Shown here one piece after another: positions 20,929 through 29,161 of a stretch of DNA of 64,000 bases; position 1 is the first letter of the stretch; each line of letters begins with the position of its first letter. The position numbers were made by a program, and so were the translations under genes. The notes below the pieces were generated by a model, which worked only from the letters and a program-made list of their open reading frames with translations, had not been told where the DNA came from and did no database searches. This DNA comes from an uncultured Bacteroidales bacterium (lineage in GTDB: Bacteria > Bacteroidota > Bacteroidia > Bacteroidales > UBA7960), in contig CAYGDW010000002.1 in NCBI GenBank assembly GCA_964348755.1, positions 41,937 through 105,936 on the forward strand, written 5' to 3'.

Positions 20929-21774
20929 ATGAGTTACTTTGCATCGAACATTAAGCTTTTGCGCAAGCGGCGGGGCCGCACCCAAGACGATGTGGCCTTT
21001 TTGCTCGACATGAAGCGCCCCACCCTGAGCGGCTACGAGAACGGGGTGGCCCAGCCAGGGCTGGAATCCCTGGTGGCATTTTCGAAGTATTACAACGTAT
21101 CAATCGATACCCTGATAAAGGTGGACCTGGGTCAGCTGGCCGAGAGCCAGCTCAGGCAACTGGAGCGGGGCTACGATGTGTTCGTTTCGGGTAGCAAGCT
21201 GCGCGTGCTGGCCACTACTGTTAATAGCGACAATGAGGAGAATATCGAGATGGTGTCGGAAAAGGCCAAGGCCGGCTACCGCGCAGGCTTCGCAGACCCG
21301 GAGTTCATCAAGGTGCTGCCCACCTTCCAGATGCCTTTTTTGTCGAAGCAGAAAAAATACCGCAGTTTCCAGATTTCGGGCGACAGCATGCTGCCCATTA
21401 CTGAAGGCTCATGGGTTACCTGCGAGTTTGTGCAGAACTGGAACCTGATACAAAACCGTCATGCCTATGTGATCCATACCCTTGACGACGGGGTGGTATT
21501 CAAGGTGGTGGAAAACCTGATCAGGACAGAGGGCAAGCTGCGGCTTTATTCGCTCAACCCAATCTACGAGCCTTACGAGGTGCATGTGAATGATATTCGC
21601 GAGGTGTGGAAGTTCGTCAACTTCATTAGCAGCCAGATACCCGAGGCCAACACGCCTGTGGAGCATCTCTCAAACCAGTTTATCCAGCTTAAGAAAGAGG
21701 TGGAAACCATTAAGAGCAAACTGAAAACGAAAAAACCCCAGGGAAAAACGGGCAATCTTTTCGGGAATGATTAG
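20929..21774 (+). CDS. HTH (XRE/CI-type) + S24 peptidase repressor, non-canonical LexA-like
   Basis: N-terminal HTH (NIKLLRKRRGRTQDDVAFLLDMKRPTLSGYENG). S24 Ser-Lys dyad (SGDSMLP ... VVFKV). A possible AG cleavage region (KAKAGY). ATG at 20929 is used because the ORF-track start at 20872 lies inside repeat B. Confidence 0.8.
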   Translation: MSYFASNIKLLRKRRGRTQDDVAFLLDMKRPTLSGYENGVAQPGLESLVAFSKYYNVSIDTLIKVDLGQLAESQLRQLERGYDVFVSGSKLRVLATTVNSDNEENIEMVSEKAKAGYRAGFADPEFIKVLPTFQMPFLSKQKKYRSFQISGDSMLPITEGSWVTCEFVQNWNLIQNRHAYVIHTLDDGVVFKVVENLIRTEGKLRLYSLNPIYEPYEVHVNDIREVWKFVNFISSQIPEANTPVEHLSNQFIQLKKEVETIKSKLKTKKPQGKTGNLFGND

Positions 21775-21782
21775 TGGCTTTT

Positions 21783-22598
21783 TTACAGGCTCTTAATCAA
21801 CTCAGTAAAAATTATCGTCATATTGCGTTCGGCTACCTGGGCCACGTTTTGCACTTCTTCGTGGCTGGTGGGCTTTTTGGGGTCGGCGGGTTTGGCCAGG
21901 TTGGTAATTACTGAAATTCCGAAGCATTCCATGCCGGCGTGTCGGGCCACAATCACTTCGGGCACTGTTGACATGCCGGTGGCGTCGGCTCCAAGCAGGC
22001 GAAACATATTGTATTCGGCAGGGGTTTCGAGGGTGGGGCCAGGGCTGCCAATATACACACCTGTCTGAAACCTGATTTTATGCCCAGATGCAATCTTTTT
22101 AGCACGGTCAATCAGTTCGGTATTATAGGTCTGGCTCATTTCGGGGAAACGGGTACCCAGCTCATCAATATTTTTACCGCGAAGGGGATTTTCGGGGAAG
22201 AAGTTGATGTGGTCGCGAATTATCATCAGGTCGCCCACTTCAAAAGAAGGGTTCAACCCTCCGGCAGCGTTTGAAAGAAACACAGTTTTTATGCCCAGAA
22301 GCTTCATTACCCTTACGGGGAAAGTAACTTCCTGCATGTTGTAGCCCTCGTAGTAGTGGAAACGTCCCTGCATGGCCACCACGTTTTTTCCGCCAAGGAT
22401 GCCAAAAATCAGCTTGCCATCGTGACCCTCGACAGTTGATACAGGAAAGTTTGGAACATCCTTGTAGTCAAGCGAATACTTTACCTCTAAAGCTTTAATC
22501 AGGCCTCCCAGCCCTGAGCCAAGTATTATGCCCACTTCAGGGGCTATTTGTGTTTTTTCTCTAAGAAACCGGGCAGTAGTTTTTATTTTTTCAAGCAT
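21783..22598 (-). CDS. purine nucleoside phosphorylase (PNP-I family)
   Basis: GIILGSGLGGL...FPVSTVEGHDGKLIFG...MQGRFHYYEGY...FLSNAAGGLNP. Confidence 0.9.
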   Translation of the reverse strand: MLEKIKTTARFLREKTQIAPEVGIILGSGLGGLIKALEVKYSLDYKDVPNFPVSTVEGHDGKLIFGILGGKNVVAMQGRFHYYEGYNMQEVTFPVRVMKLLGIKTVFLSNAAGGLNPSFEVGDLMIIRDHINFFPENPLRGKNIDELGTRFPEMSQTYNTELIDRAKKIASGHKIRFQTGVYIGSPGPTLETPAEYNMFRLLGADATGMSTVPEVIVARHAGMECFGISVITNLAKPADPKKPTSHEEVQNVAQVAERNMTIIFTELIKSL

Positions 22599-22773
22599 TT
22601 TGTATTAGATTTTGTCCGATTGCTAAATTAGTAAAAAGTACAGTAAGTCAAAAACCATTAAATTTGCCAAATTATGCCGGTTTAGCCTGCCTGAATAACT
22701 CAGGGTGCCTTTTGTGGGTTGGCGGTTGGTTTTTCGCCGTATGGCAAAAGTAAATTTTTATTATTTTATTGTT

Positions 22774-24177
22774 ATGACAGCAACACACAGTATTATTGAT
22801 GGACGCGGGGCAGGCCGGCCGGTTTTGGTCGATTTTCTGATTGTGAATGGTTTGGTTGTAACCATGGACGCTGAATTTCGCGTGTTTGAAAAAGGGGCCA
22901 TTGCAGTAAGTGAAGGCCAGATTATTGGTATTGGGGCATCGGGCGATCTTTTAAAAAGTTTTAATGCCAGGCAGATGATTGATGCCACCGGCAAGCTGGT
23001 TTTGCCTGGCCTGATCAATGCGCATACCCACTCGCCTATGACCATTTTCAGAGGATATGCCGACGACCTTCATCTGAAGGAGTGGCTGTATGATCATATT
23101 TTTCCCATTGAGTCTGAGTTTGTAACTCCTGAGAATGTTCGCACCGGCACCCGGTTGGCTATTGCCGAAATGTTACTCAGCGGAACCACTACCTTCAACG
23201 ACATGTATTACTACGTAGAAGAGATGGCAAAAGTGGTTGACCAGGTTGGTGTGCGTGCCGTGCTTACCGAGAGCCTGATAGATTTTCCAGCACCCAATAA
23301 TCCTTCGCCCGAGCATTGTATAAAGATGAGCGAAGCGCTGATAAAAAAGTGGGAACATCATCCATTGATCACCATTGGCGTTTCGGCTCATGCCCTTTAC
23401 ACCACTTCGCCAGAGGTAATAAAAAAGGGGAAGGAGCTGGCCGATAAGTATCAGCTTCCCTTTAACATCCATGTGGCAGAAACCCGCGGGGAATATGAAC
23501 TTACGCAAAAGGAATACGGTATGACTCCGGTTGAGTTTCTTGACAGTATAGGGGTGCTGGGTCCGAATGTGATTGCTGCTCACAGTGTGCATCTTACCCC
23601 TGGTGACATTGCCATTTATGCCCGCCATGGTGTAGGGGTAGCCCATAACCCGCAGTGCAACATGAAACTTGCCAGTGGGGTGGCCCCCGTCCCAGCTTTT
23701 CTTAAAGCTGGGGTAAAAGTGGGCATTGGCACCGATGGCGTGGCCAGCAACAATGATCTTGACCTTTTTGATGAAGTGCGCACTGCCGCTTTCCTTCATA
23801 AGCTAACCTGCAAAAACCCAACGGTTCTTGATGCACAAACCGCCCTTGAGCTTATTACAATTGGTGGTGCCAGGGTGTTGGGTCTTGATGACAAGGTAGG
23901 ATCGCTCGAAGTGGGCAAAAGGGCCGATATAATTATTTTGGATATGGATCAGCCACATGCTCATCCGGTTTATAACATTTACTCGCTTATTATTTACTCG
24001 CTCAGGGGTTCTGATGTGGAAACCGTGATGGTTGATGGAAAACTTATGGTGCAAAATCGCAAGCTTGTAACCCTTGACCTGGATCGCCTGTACGACAAGG
24101 TAGAGCTGCTTGCCCGCCAGATAACTGAAAAAAGCACCACCTTGACCCAGGTCAACAACAGGCTTCGGAAACTTTAG
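22774..24177 (+). CDS. mtaD: amidohydrolase, MTA/SAH deaminase (MtaD)-like
   Basis: LPGLINAHTHSPMTIFRGYADDL, HVAET, GTDGVASNNDLD (metal-dependent deaminase signature). The internal ATG at 22774 is preferred to the GTG at 22705. Confidence 0.7.
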   Translation: MTATHSIIDGRGAGRPVLVDFLIVNGLVVTMDAEFRVFEKGAIAVSEGQIIGIGASGDLLKSFNARQMIDATGKLVLPGLINAHTHSPMTIFRGYADDLHLKEWLYDHIFPIESEFVTPENVRTGTRLAIAEMLLSGTTTFNDMYYYVEEMAKVVDQVGVRAVLTESLIDFPAPNNPSPEHCIKMSEALIKKWEHHPLITIGVSAHALYTTSPEVIKKGKELADKYQLPFNIHVAETRGEYELTQKEYGMTPVEFLDSIGVLGPNVIAAHSVHLTPGDIAIYARHGVGVAHNPQCNMKLASGVAPVPAFLKAGVKVGIGTDGVASNNDLDLFDEVRTAAFLHKLTCKNPTVLDAQTALELITIGGARVLGLDDKVGSLEVGKRADIIILDMDQPHAHPVYNIYSLIIYSLRGSDVETVMVDGKLMVQNRKLVTLDLDRLYDKVELLARQITEKSTTLTQVNNRLRKL

Positions 24178-24179
24178 GT

Positions 24180-24767
24180 TTATCCCATGTAGGGGTTGAG
24201 CCGGCGAGTCATGGCTTTTTCAATAATGGTATAGAGGTCCATGGGTGTGTATTTTCGCCAGTTCACATTGCTGAAGTGCTTCCCAAAGGCAATGTAATAG
24301 TCGATATTGGCAGTTTCAAACTCCCTTATCACAAAGTCGCGGAAATTAAGGGCCACAATCCAGCCATCTTCCAGCTCTTCGAACCATTCCTGGTAGTAAC
24401 AATCGTCCGATGAGTGGAAGTTTAGCACGTTTTCGCCAATGAGGATAAATTTGTTAATACCGTTTTCAATAAGGGGTTCAATAACGTTTCTCTTCAGGAA
24501 CATTACATCGTTATAAAGGCAATCGTTCCATTCGCCCAACATTTCAATAATGCAATAGCCTTCGTTGTAATGGGCAAAAAGAATTTTTATAAATAGGGTA
24601 GAAGAAACCATTTCGTCCCATTGGGGGTGTATCAGGTAGTTGTAAATGGCATGGGTAAACTCAAATTCTGAGTAATCCCTTCCGTAGAAAGGCGAACGTT
24701 CGTCTTCCGAAGCTATATAAAGGTTTCGCCAGGCGTAAAATGGCTCAATGTTGTGCATAAAAAGCAT
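24180..24767 (-). CDS. hypothetical protein
   Basis: 195-aa ORF, rich in aromatic and acidic residues, with no signal peptide and no motif I recognise. Supported only by length and tight fit between its neighbours. Confidence 0.5.
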   Translation of the reverse strand: MLFMHNIEPFYAWRNLYIASEDERSPFYGRDYSEFEFTHAIYNYLIHPQWDEMVSSTLFIKILFAHYNEGYCIIEMLGEWNDCLYNDVMFLKRNVIEPLIENGINKFILIGENVLNFHSSDDCYYQEWFEELEDGWIVALNFRDFVIREFETANIDYYIAFGKHFSNVNWRKYTPMDLYTIIEKAMTRRLNPYMG

Positions 24768-24837
24768 TCATTTTTCGAAAAGAAACGCATCCTTTCTAAT
24801 CAAAGTTAGCAAAAAAACAGGCGCGATAAAAGCTGAA

Positions 24838-25584
24838 TCAGGCAGGTTTTTTAACTTCCACAAGCTTTGCGGCGATGGATAAACCGATGATTTCGGGGGT
24901 CTTCCCAGGGAGTTTTATGCCGATTGGCGAATCTGCTTTCGCGAAAGCGGCTTCATCAAACAGCCGCTTTTCGATCAGATAAGTTTTTGCTTCAGAGATC
25001 TTTTGCCTGTTGCCGATCATACCCAGATAAGCCCATGGCTTGGTAAGCACTTTCCCAAGAATTTCAAAATCATAATCGTGACGGTGCGAGCACAGCACCA
25101 GGAAGTGACGCGGTCCGGGTTCGAAGTCTTTAAGAAACTTCTGGTGGTTTATTGCCTGTGTGTTGATACCTTCGAAAGCGGGGTCTTTCAGCATATCGGC
25201 TCTTTCATCGACTACGGTAATGCGAAACTCAAGCTTGCGTGCAAAATATACTACTGCCTTAGCTAGGTGTCCTGCTCCGAAAATTACCAGTTCGCTGTCG
25301 GGCTGAAAGGTTTCGATAAAGAACCAAAGCTTAGTGCCTGTTTCGGGGTTCTGCATTTCAATCATTCCTTTTTTTGCTTCCTTCAGAAAGTTCAGCGCAG
25401 TTTTTGTGACTTCGGCTTCCACTGGTCCGCCGCCTATGGTACCTTGTGTAGAGCCATCATCAAAAACCAGCATACGTGCACCCACCGGACGACCAAACGA
25501 TCCATCCACTTTTATTAAAGTGCAGAGGGAAAAGGTGCGCTGTTGTTGTCGCGCTTCCGTTAGCTGGCTAATCCAGTTTTCCAT
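24838..25584 (-). CDS. XdhC/CoxI family accessory protein
   Basis: XdhC N-domain (TLIKVDGSFGRPVGARM) and Rossmann part (LVIFGAGHLAKAVVYFARKLEFRITVVDER). Starting at MENWISQ (25584) gives a TGATG stop/start overlap with the upstream deaminase gene. The alternative start is 25617. Confidence 0.75.
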   Translation of the reverse strand: MENWISQLTEARQQQRTFSLCTLIKVDGSFGRPVGARMLVFDDGSTQGTIGGGPVEAEVTKTALNFLKEAKKGMIEMQNPETGTKLWFFIETFQPDSELVIFGAGHLAKAVVYFARKLEFRITVVDERADMLKDPAFEGINTQAINHQKFLKDFEPGPRHFLVLCSHRHDYDFEILGKVLTKPWAYLGMIGNRQKISEAKTYLIEKRLFDEAAFAKADSPIGIKLPGKTPEIIGLSIAAKLVEVKKPA

Positions 25585-26051
25585 CAGTACTCGGTTTTGT
25601 TTTCCAGTTTGAGCCATTGCAGAAAAGGTTCAGCAGCTTCTTTTATGGCCAGTTTTTGAATAGGAATGGAACGGCGGCCGAGGGTCAATGCAAACTCATC
25701 GTAAATAAACGAGTCGTCGAAACCGGCTTTTGCGGCATCCAACTTTGTGGCAGCAAAAACGATGCGGTCGAGATGTGCCCAGTAAATGGCGCCAAGGCAC
25801 ATGGGGCAGGGTTCGCAACTGGTATATATTACGCAACCATCCAGTTTGAAATCGCCAATATTTTTGCATGCATCTCGTATGGCAAGCACCTCTGCATGCG
25901 CTGTGGGGTCGTGGTGATGTGTTACTTGGTTTACACCCCTCCCAATTATTTTTCCGTTGCGCACAATCAGTGCCCCAAATGGGCCCCCGCCATCATTTAC
26001 ATTGGCCGCAGCCATGGTTACGGCTTCTCGCAAAAATTGTTCGTCGTTCAT
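25584..26051 (-). CDS. guanine deaminase-type CDA-fold nucleoside/nucleobase deaminase
   Basis: PFGALIVRNGKIIGRGVNQVTHHHDPTAHAE ... CEPCPMC zinc-binding signature. Confidence 0.75.
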   Translation of the reverse strand: MNDEQFLREAVTMAAANVNDGGGPFGALIVRNGKIIGRGVNQVTHHHDPTAHAEVLAIRDACKNIGDFKLDGCVIYTSCEPCPMCLGAIYWAHLDRIVFAATKLDAAKAGFDDSFIYDEFALTLGRRSIPIQKLAIKEAAEPFLQWLKLENKTEY

Positions 26052-26165
26052 TGTTTATGTTTTGATCACAAACAAATCTACGAAATATTTTAGTGAAAAA
26101 GTGGCTCAAAACTTTCTGAAACCTACGATTGGTCAGGATACATTTGGTTAACTTTGCTATTATTT

Positions 26166-26939
26166 ATGAAAAGGTCATCCTTGCAAATCCTGTTACAATT
26201 GCTCAACGAGAAAGCGGCATATTACAACCGGCCATTTTTCATTGAAACCGATCCCATTTCTATACCGCATCGTTTTTCCTGCAAGGAGGACATTGAGGTT
26301 GCTGCCTTTCTGGTATCCACCATTTCCTGGGGGCAGCGAAAGTCCATAATAAAAAGCGGGATTCGGCTAATGGAGCTAATGGACTGGCAACCGGCTGCCT
26401 TTATCAAGGACTTTTCTGAAAAAGATATGAGGTCTTTTGCGGGATTTGCATACCGAACTTTCAATTTTTCGGATCTTGAGTTTTTTCTTTATTCGCTCAA
26501 GCATATTTATCAGGAGTTTGGCGGGCTTGAGCAATGCTTTACAAAGCCTTACTTGCAAGCAGGCAATGTGAAGAATGCAATAATTGGATTTAGAAAAGTA
26601 TTTTTTGATTTGCCTCACCTGCCACGCACCCAAAAACACGCGAGCAACCCTGAATTTGGTTCGGCAGCCAAAAGGCTGAATATGTTTTTGCGGTGGATGG
26701 TACGTAAGGACGATGCCGGTGTTGATTTTGGCCTGTGGAAAGGAATTTCGCCGGCTGACCTGTATTGTCCGCTCGACTTGCATTCGGGCCGGGTGGCGCG
26801 AATGCTCGGTCTGCTCACCCGAAAGCAAAACGACTGGAAAGCGGTTGAAGAACTGACTGCAAATCTACGCCAACTCAACCCCAAAGATCCTGTGATTTTC
26901 GATTTTGCCCTGTTTGGAATGGGAGTGTTTGAAAAATGA
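26166..26939 (+). CDS. TIGR02757/DUF2400 family protein
   Basis: FIETDPISIPHRF...VAAFLVSTISWGQRKSII...DLHSGRVARMLGL resembles the DUF2400 family as I recall it. ATG at 26166. Confidence 0.6.
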   Translation: MKRSSLQILLQLLNEKAAYYNRPFFIETDPISIPHRFSCKEDIEVAAFLVSTISWGQRKSIIKSGIRLMELMDWQPAAFIKDFSEKDMRSFAGFAYRTFNFSDLEFFLYSLKHIYQEFGGLEQCFTKPYLQAGNVKNAIIGFRKVFFDLPHLPRTQKHASNPEFGSAAKRLNMFLRWMVRKDDAGVDFGLWKGISPADLYCPLDLHSGRVARMLGLLTRKQNDWKAVEELTANLRQLNPKDPVIFDFALFGMGVFEK

Positions 26940-26967
26940 GAAAAGATGAAAGGGAGAAGATGTGATT

Positions 26968-27090
26968 ATGAGATAATAAGATAAATAGATAATGAGCTAA
27001 TATGATAATGAGCTAATGTGATAATGTGATAATGTGAAAATGTGAAAATGAGAAGTGAGAGTTGGGAAGATAAGAAAATGAGAAATTTAA
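26968..27090 (+). repeat. C-depleted degenerate tandem repeat with 8/16-nt period (GAWAATGW)
   Basis: gataatgagctaatat (26988), gataatgagctaatgt (27004), gataatgt (27020), gataatgt (27028), gaaaatgt (27036), gaaaatga (27044). Only 3 C in about 160 nt of the plus strand. Confidence 0.85.
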
Positions 27091-27100
27091 AAAAACTGGA

Positions 27101-27325
27101 ATGGAGCACAACCCGCAGATTCTTCTCGAAATAATTAAAACGCCCATGCCCTTTGGCAAATACAAGGGCCGTATGATCTGCGACTTGCCGGTGTCGTATT
27201 TGGAATGGTTTCAGCGGAAAGGTTTTCCGGAAGGAAAACTGGGTATGCTTTTGAGGACTGTCTATGAGATCAGGATCAATGGATTGGAGGATCTGCTCAA
27301 TCCTTTGAGAAATTTCTCTGACTAA
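27101..27325 (+). CDS. DUF3820 family small protein
   Basis: MPFGKYKGRMICDLPVSYLEWFQRKGFPEGKLG is the characteristic DUF3820 core. Confidence 0.7.
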   Translation: MEHNPQILLEIIKTPMPFGKYKGRMICDLPVSYLEWFQRKGFPEGKLGMLLRTVYEIRINGLEDLLNPLRNFSD

Positions 27326-27975
27326 TTTTCTTCTAAAAATTCGATAAATCTTACAACCGTTTCGGGCAGCTTGAAAACTACATTGTTCTCTTTTTGGTAA
27401 TCTCTTATCAGATTCCGTTTATCAGAGTAAATTCTATTTAATTGCCTAAGGTTGAGAATACGGTGAAGTTCACCATCCTTTTTCAACCAGTAAATAATGT
27501 ATGGATCAACCTCAAATTCATCAGGCAGTTCAAGCTCATAAATCCGGTTTTGATAGGTTAACTGACCGTATGAAGTGCTTGTGGTGCTTCGCGAGGTTCC
27601 TCCGTATGCGGTGGGTTTACCTGGTGACTGAACATTGCATCTGTATTCGGCATACAACTCAGCATCTGATTTGTACAATAATTCAACAAATTTGTTGTTC
27701 AGCAAAAAGAAAACCCTGTTTTCAATGTAAATGCTATCGATCTTTGGTAGCTCTTCATCGGCAATGGCAAGCTTTTTACCCTTTTCAACAAAAACCATTT
27801 CCCCGGAAAGGGAGTTGTAGTTTAGCATAGCTCTTCTTAAAGCCCCATTTTTCATTAATACTACGCCTTCTTTAAACTCCGGAAATAAATAATGAGATAG
27901 AACAATGGCTCTTTGTTGCGAATATATAGCCGATAGCAATAACATAAACGAAAAACATACAAATATGCGGTTCAT
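27322..27975 (-). CDS. hypothetical secreted protein
   Basis: 217 aa with the N-terminal signal-like segment MNRIFVCFSFMLLLSAIYSQQ. No recognisable domain. Confidence 0.55.
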   Translation of the reverse strand: MNRIFVCFSFMLLLSAIYSQQRAIVLSHYLFPEFKEGVVLMKNGALRRAMLNYNSLSGEMVFVEKGKKLAIADEELPKIDSIYIENRVFFLLNNKFVELLYKSDAELYAEYRCNVQSPGKPTAYGGTSRSTTSTSYGQLTYQNRIYELELPDEFEVDPYIIYWLKKDGELHRILNLRQLNRIYSDKRNLIRDYQKENNVVFKLPETVVRFIEFLEEN

Positions 27976-28040
27976 ATTTACTAGTTTTGAAAATTAGTTT
28001 TACGATTGCAGTTTCCTTGCAAATTACGAACATTTTAATA

Positions 28041-28205
28041 AAAAAATCACTATTGTCCGATAAAGTAAATAAGGGTAGAATTTTATGCATGAGATTCCTC
28101 ACCAGGTTCGGAATGACAGTCAGTTAGTTTAATTGCCATAGCCATTGAAAACCCTGCCATTTCGAGCGGAGCGAGGAATCTCGTAATTTTTAGCGGCCAG
28201 TAGTG
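28041..28205 (+). repeat. composite dispersed repeat, copy X
   Basis: Matches the reverse complement of 56955-57155. The first 82-nt block has about 5 mismatches, and the second 74-nt block has about 14. It contains two inverted ~29-nt motifs (28091-28119 and 28154-28182). Confidence 0.9.
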
Positions 28206-28420
28206 TAAAAAAACATGACGTAAAAATGGTTTTTTTCGAACCAATCTATGGGTGCTTGTATTGCGAAATTTTTATCTCATTTTCGATTTAGGGGGTTGTA
28301 GATCGCATTACTTTTTTCTGCTTCCAATAAAAAATGAATCAGTTTGAAGTGATTCAAATCAATGCAAAACCTGTCTTCGCCTTTTTGCGTAACTTCGCAG
28401 ATCAAACCCTATAGCTGACA

Positions 28421-29119
28421 ATGATTATGCGCATTGACATTCTCACCATTTTTCCAGATATTTTTCAGGGGCCATTTTCGCACTCTATCATTAAGAGGGC
28501 CATTGAGAATGGCCTGGCCGAGATTCACCTGCACGATATTCGCGATTACTCCTTAAGCAAGCACAAAAATGTTGATGATTACCCCTTTGGAGGCGGGGCG
28601 GGCATGGTTATGATGATTGAACCCATTGACCGCTGCATATCGAAGCTGAAAAGCGATCGCCAATACGATGAAGTGATCTTTCTCAGCCCCGATGGTGAAA
28701 AGCTTACCCAGCCAATTGCCAACAACCTTTCCACCAAAGGCAACCTGATATTGCTTTGCGGGCATTACAAGGGTGTAGATGAGCGGGTGCGCGAACATTT
28801 CATCACGCGCGAGATCTCGGTGGGCGACTATGTGCTTTCGGGCGGCGAGCTGGCCGCGGCCATAGTGGCCGACACGGTGATCCGTCTTATACCCGGGGTG
28901 CTGGGGGATGAAACCTCGGCATTGTCCGACAGTTTTCAGGACGGGCTACTCTCACCGCCTGTATATACGCGCCCTTCTGATTACAAGGGCTGGAAAGTGC
29001 CCGAAGTGCTGCTCTCGGGCCACGACCGCAAGATTCACGAGTGGCGCCACGAGCAGGCCATTAAACGAACAAAAGAAAGAAGGCCTGGTTTGCTCGGCGC
29101 AATTAGTGATGAGCATTGA
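28421..29119 (+). CDS. trmD: tRNA (guanine37-N1)-methyltransferase
   Basis: [17 protein letters not shown]...[14 protein letters not shown]...[13 protein letters not shown]...[11 protein letters not shown]. The start may be 28427. Confidence 0.93.
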   Translation: MIMRIDILTIFPDIFQGPFSHSIIKRAIENGLAEIHLHDIRDYSLSKHKNVDDYPFGGGAGMVMMIEPIDRCISKLKSDRQYDEVIFLSPDGEKLTQPIANNLSTKGNLILLCGHYKGVDERVREHFITREISVGDYVLSGGELAAAIVADTVIRLIPGVLGDETSALSDSFQDGLLSPPVYTRPSDYKGWKVPEVLLSGHDRKIHEWRHEQAIKRTKERRPGLLGAISDEH

Positions 29120-29161
29120 TTTTTGCGCCGTGTTGCACCTTTCAATTAGGCGGTTAATCCA

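Noticed and set aside
21774-21783. Very tight convergent gene ends without terminators: LexA-like/PNP (8-nt gap), alaS/AddB-like (4-nt gap, 47385/47390), and OM protein/wecA-like (11-nt overlap, 60132-60142).
   Set aside because: This is a real observation, but compact convergent ends are common in Bacteroidota genomes. On their own they do not indicate anything unusual.
26968-27090. Possible CRISPR array or minisatellite-encoded peptide.
   Set aside because: The units are only 8-16 nt with no unique spacers, so this is not CRISPR. All three frames are full of stops. It is kept as a repeat finding only.
27872-28102. 76-aa minus-strand ORF, and the 38-codon N-terminal extension of glgA (56914..57027).
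   Set aside because: Both are translations of the dispersed repeat (copies X and Y) and share repeat-derived peptides. glgA has a canonical MEVVHISAECFP start at 56913.
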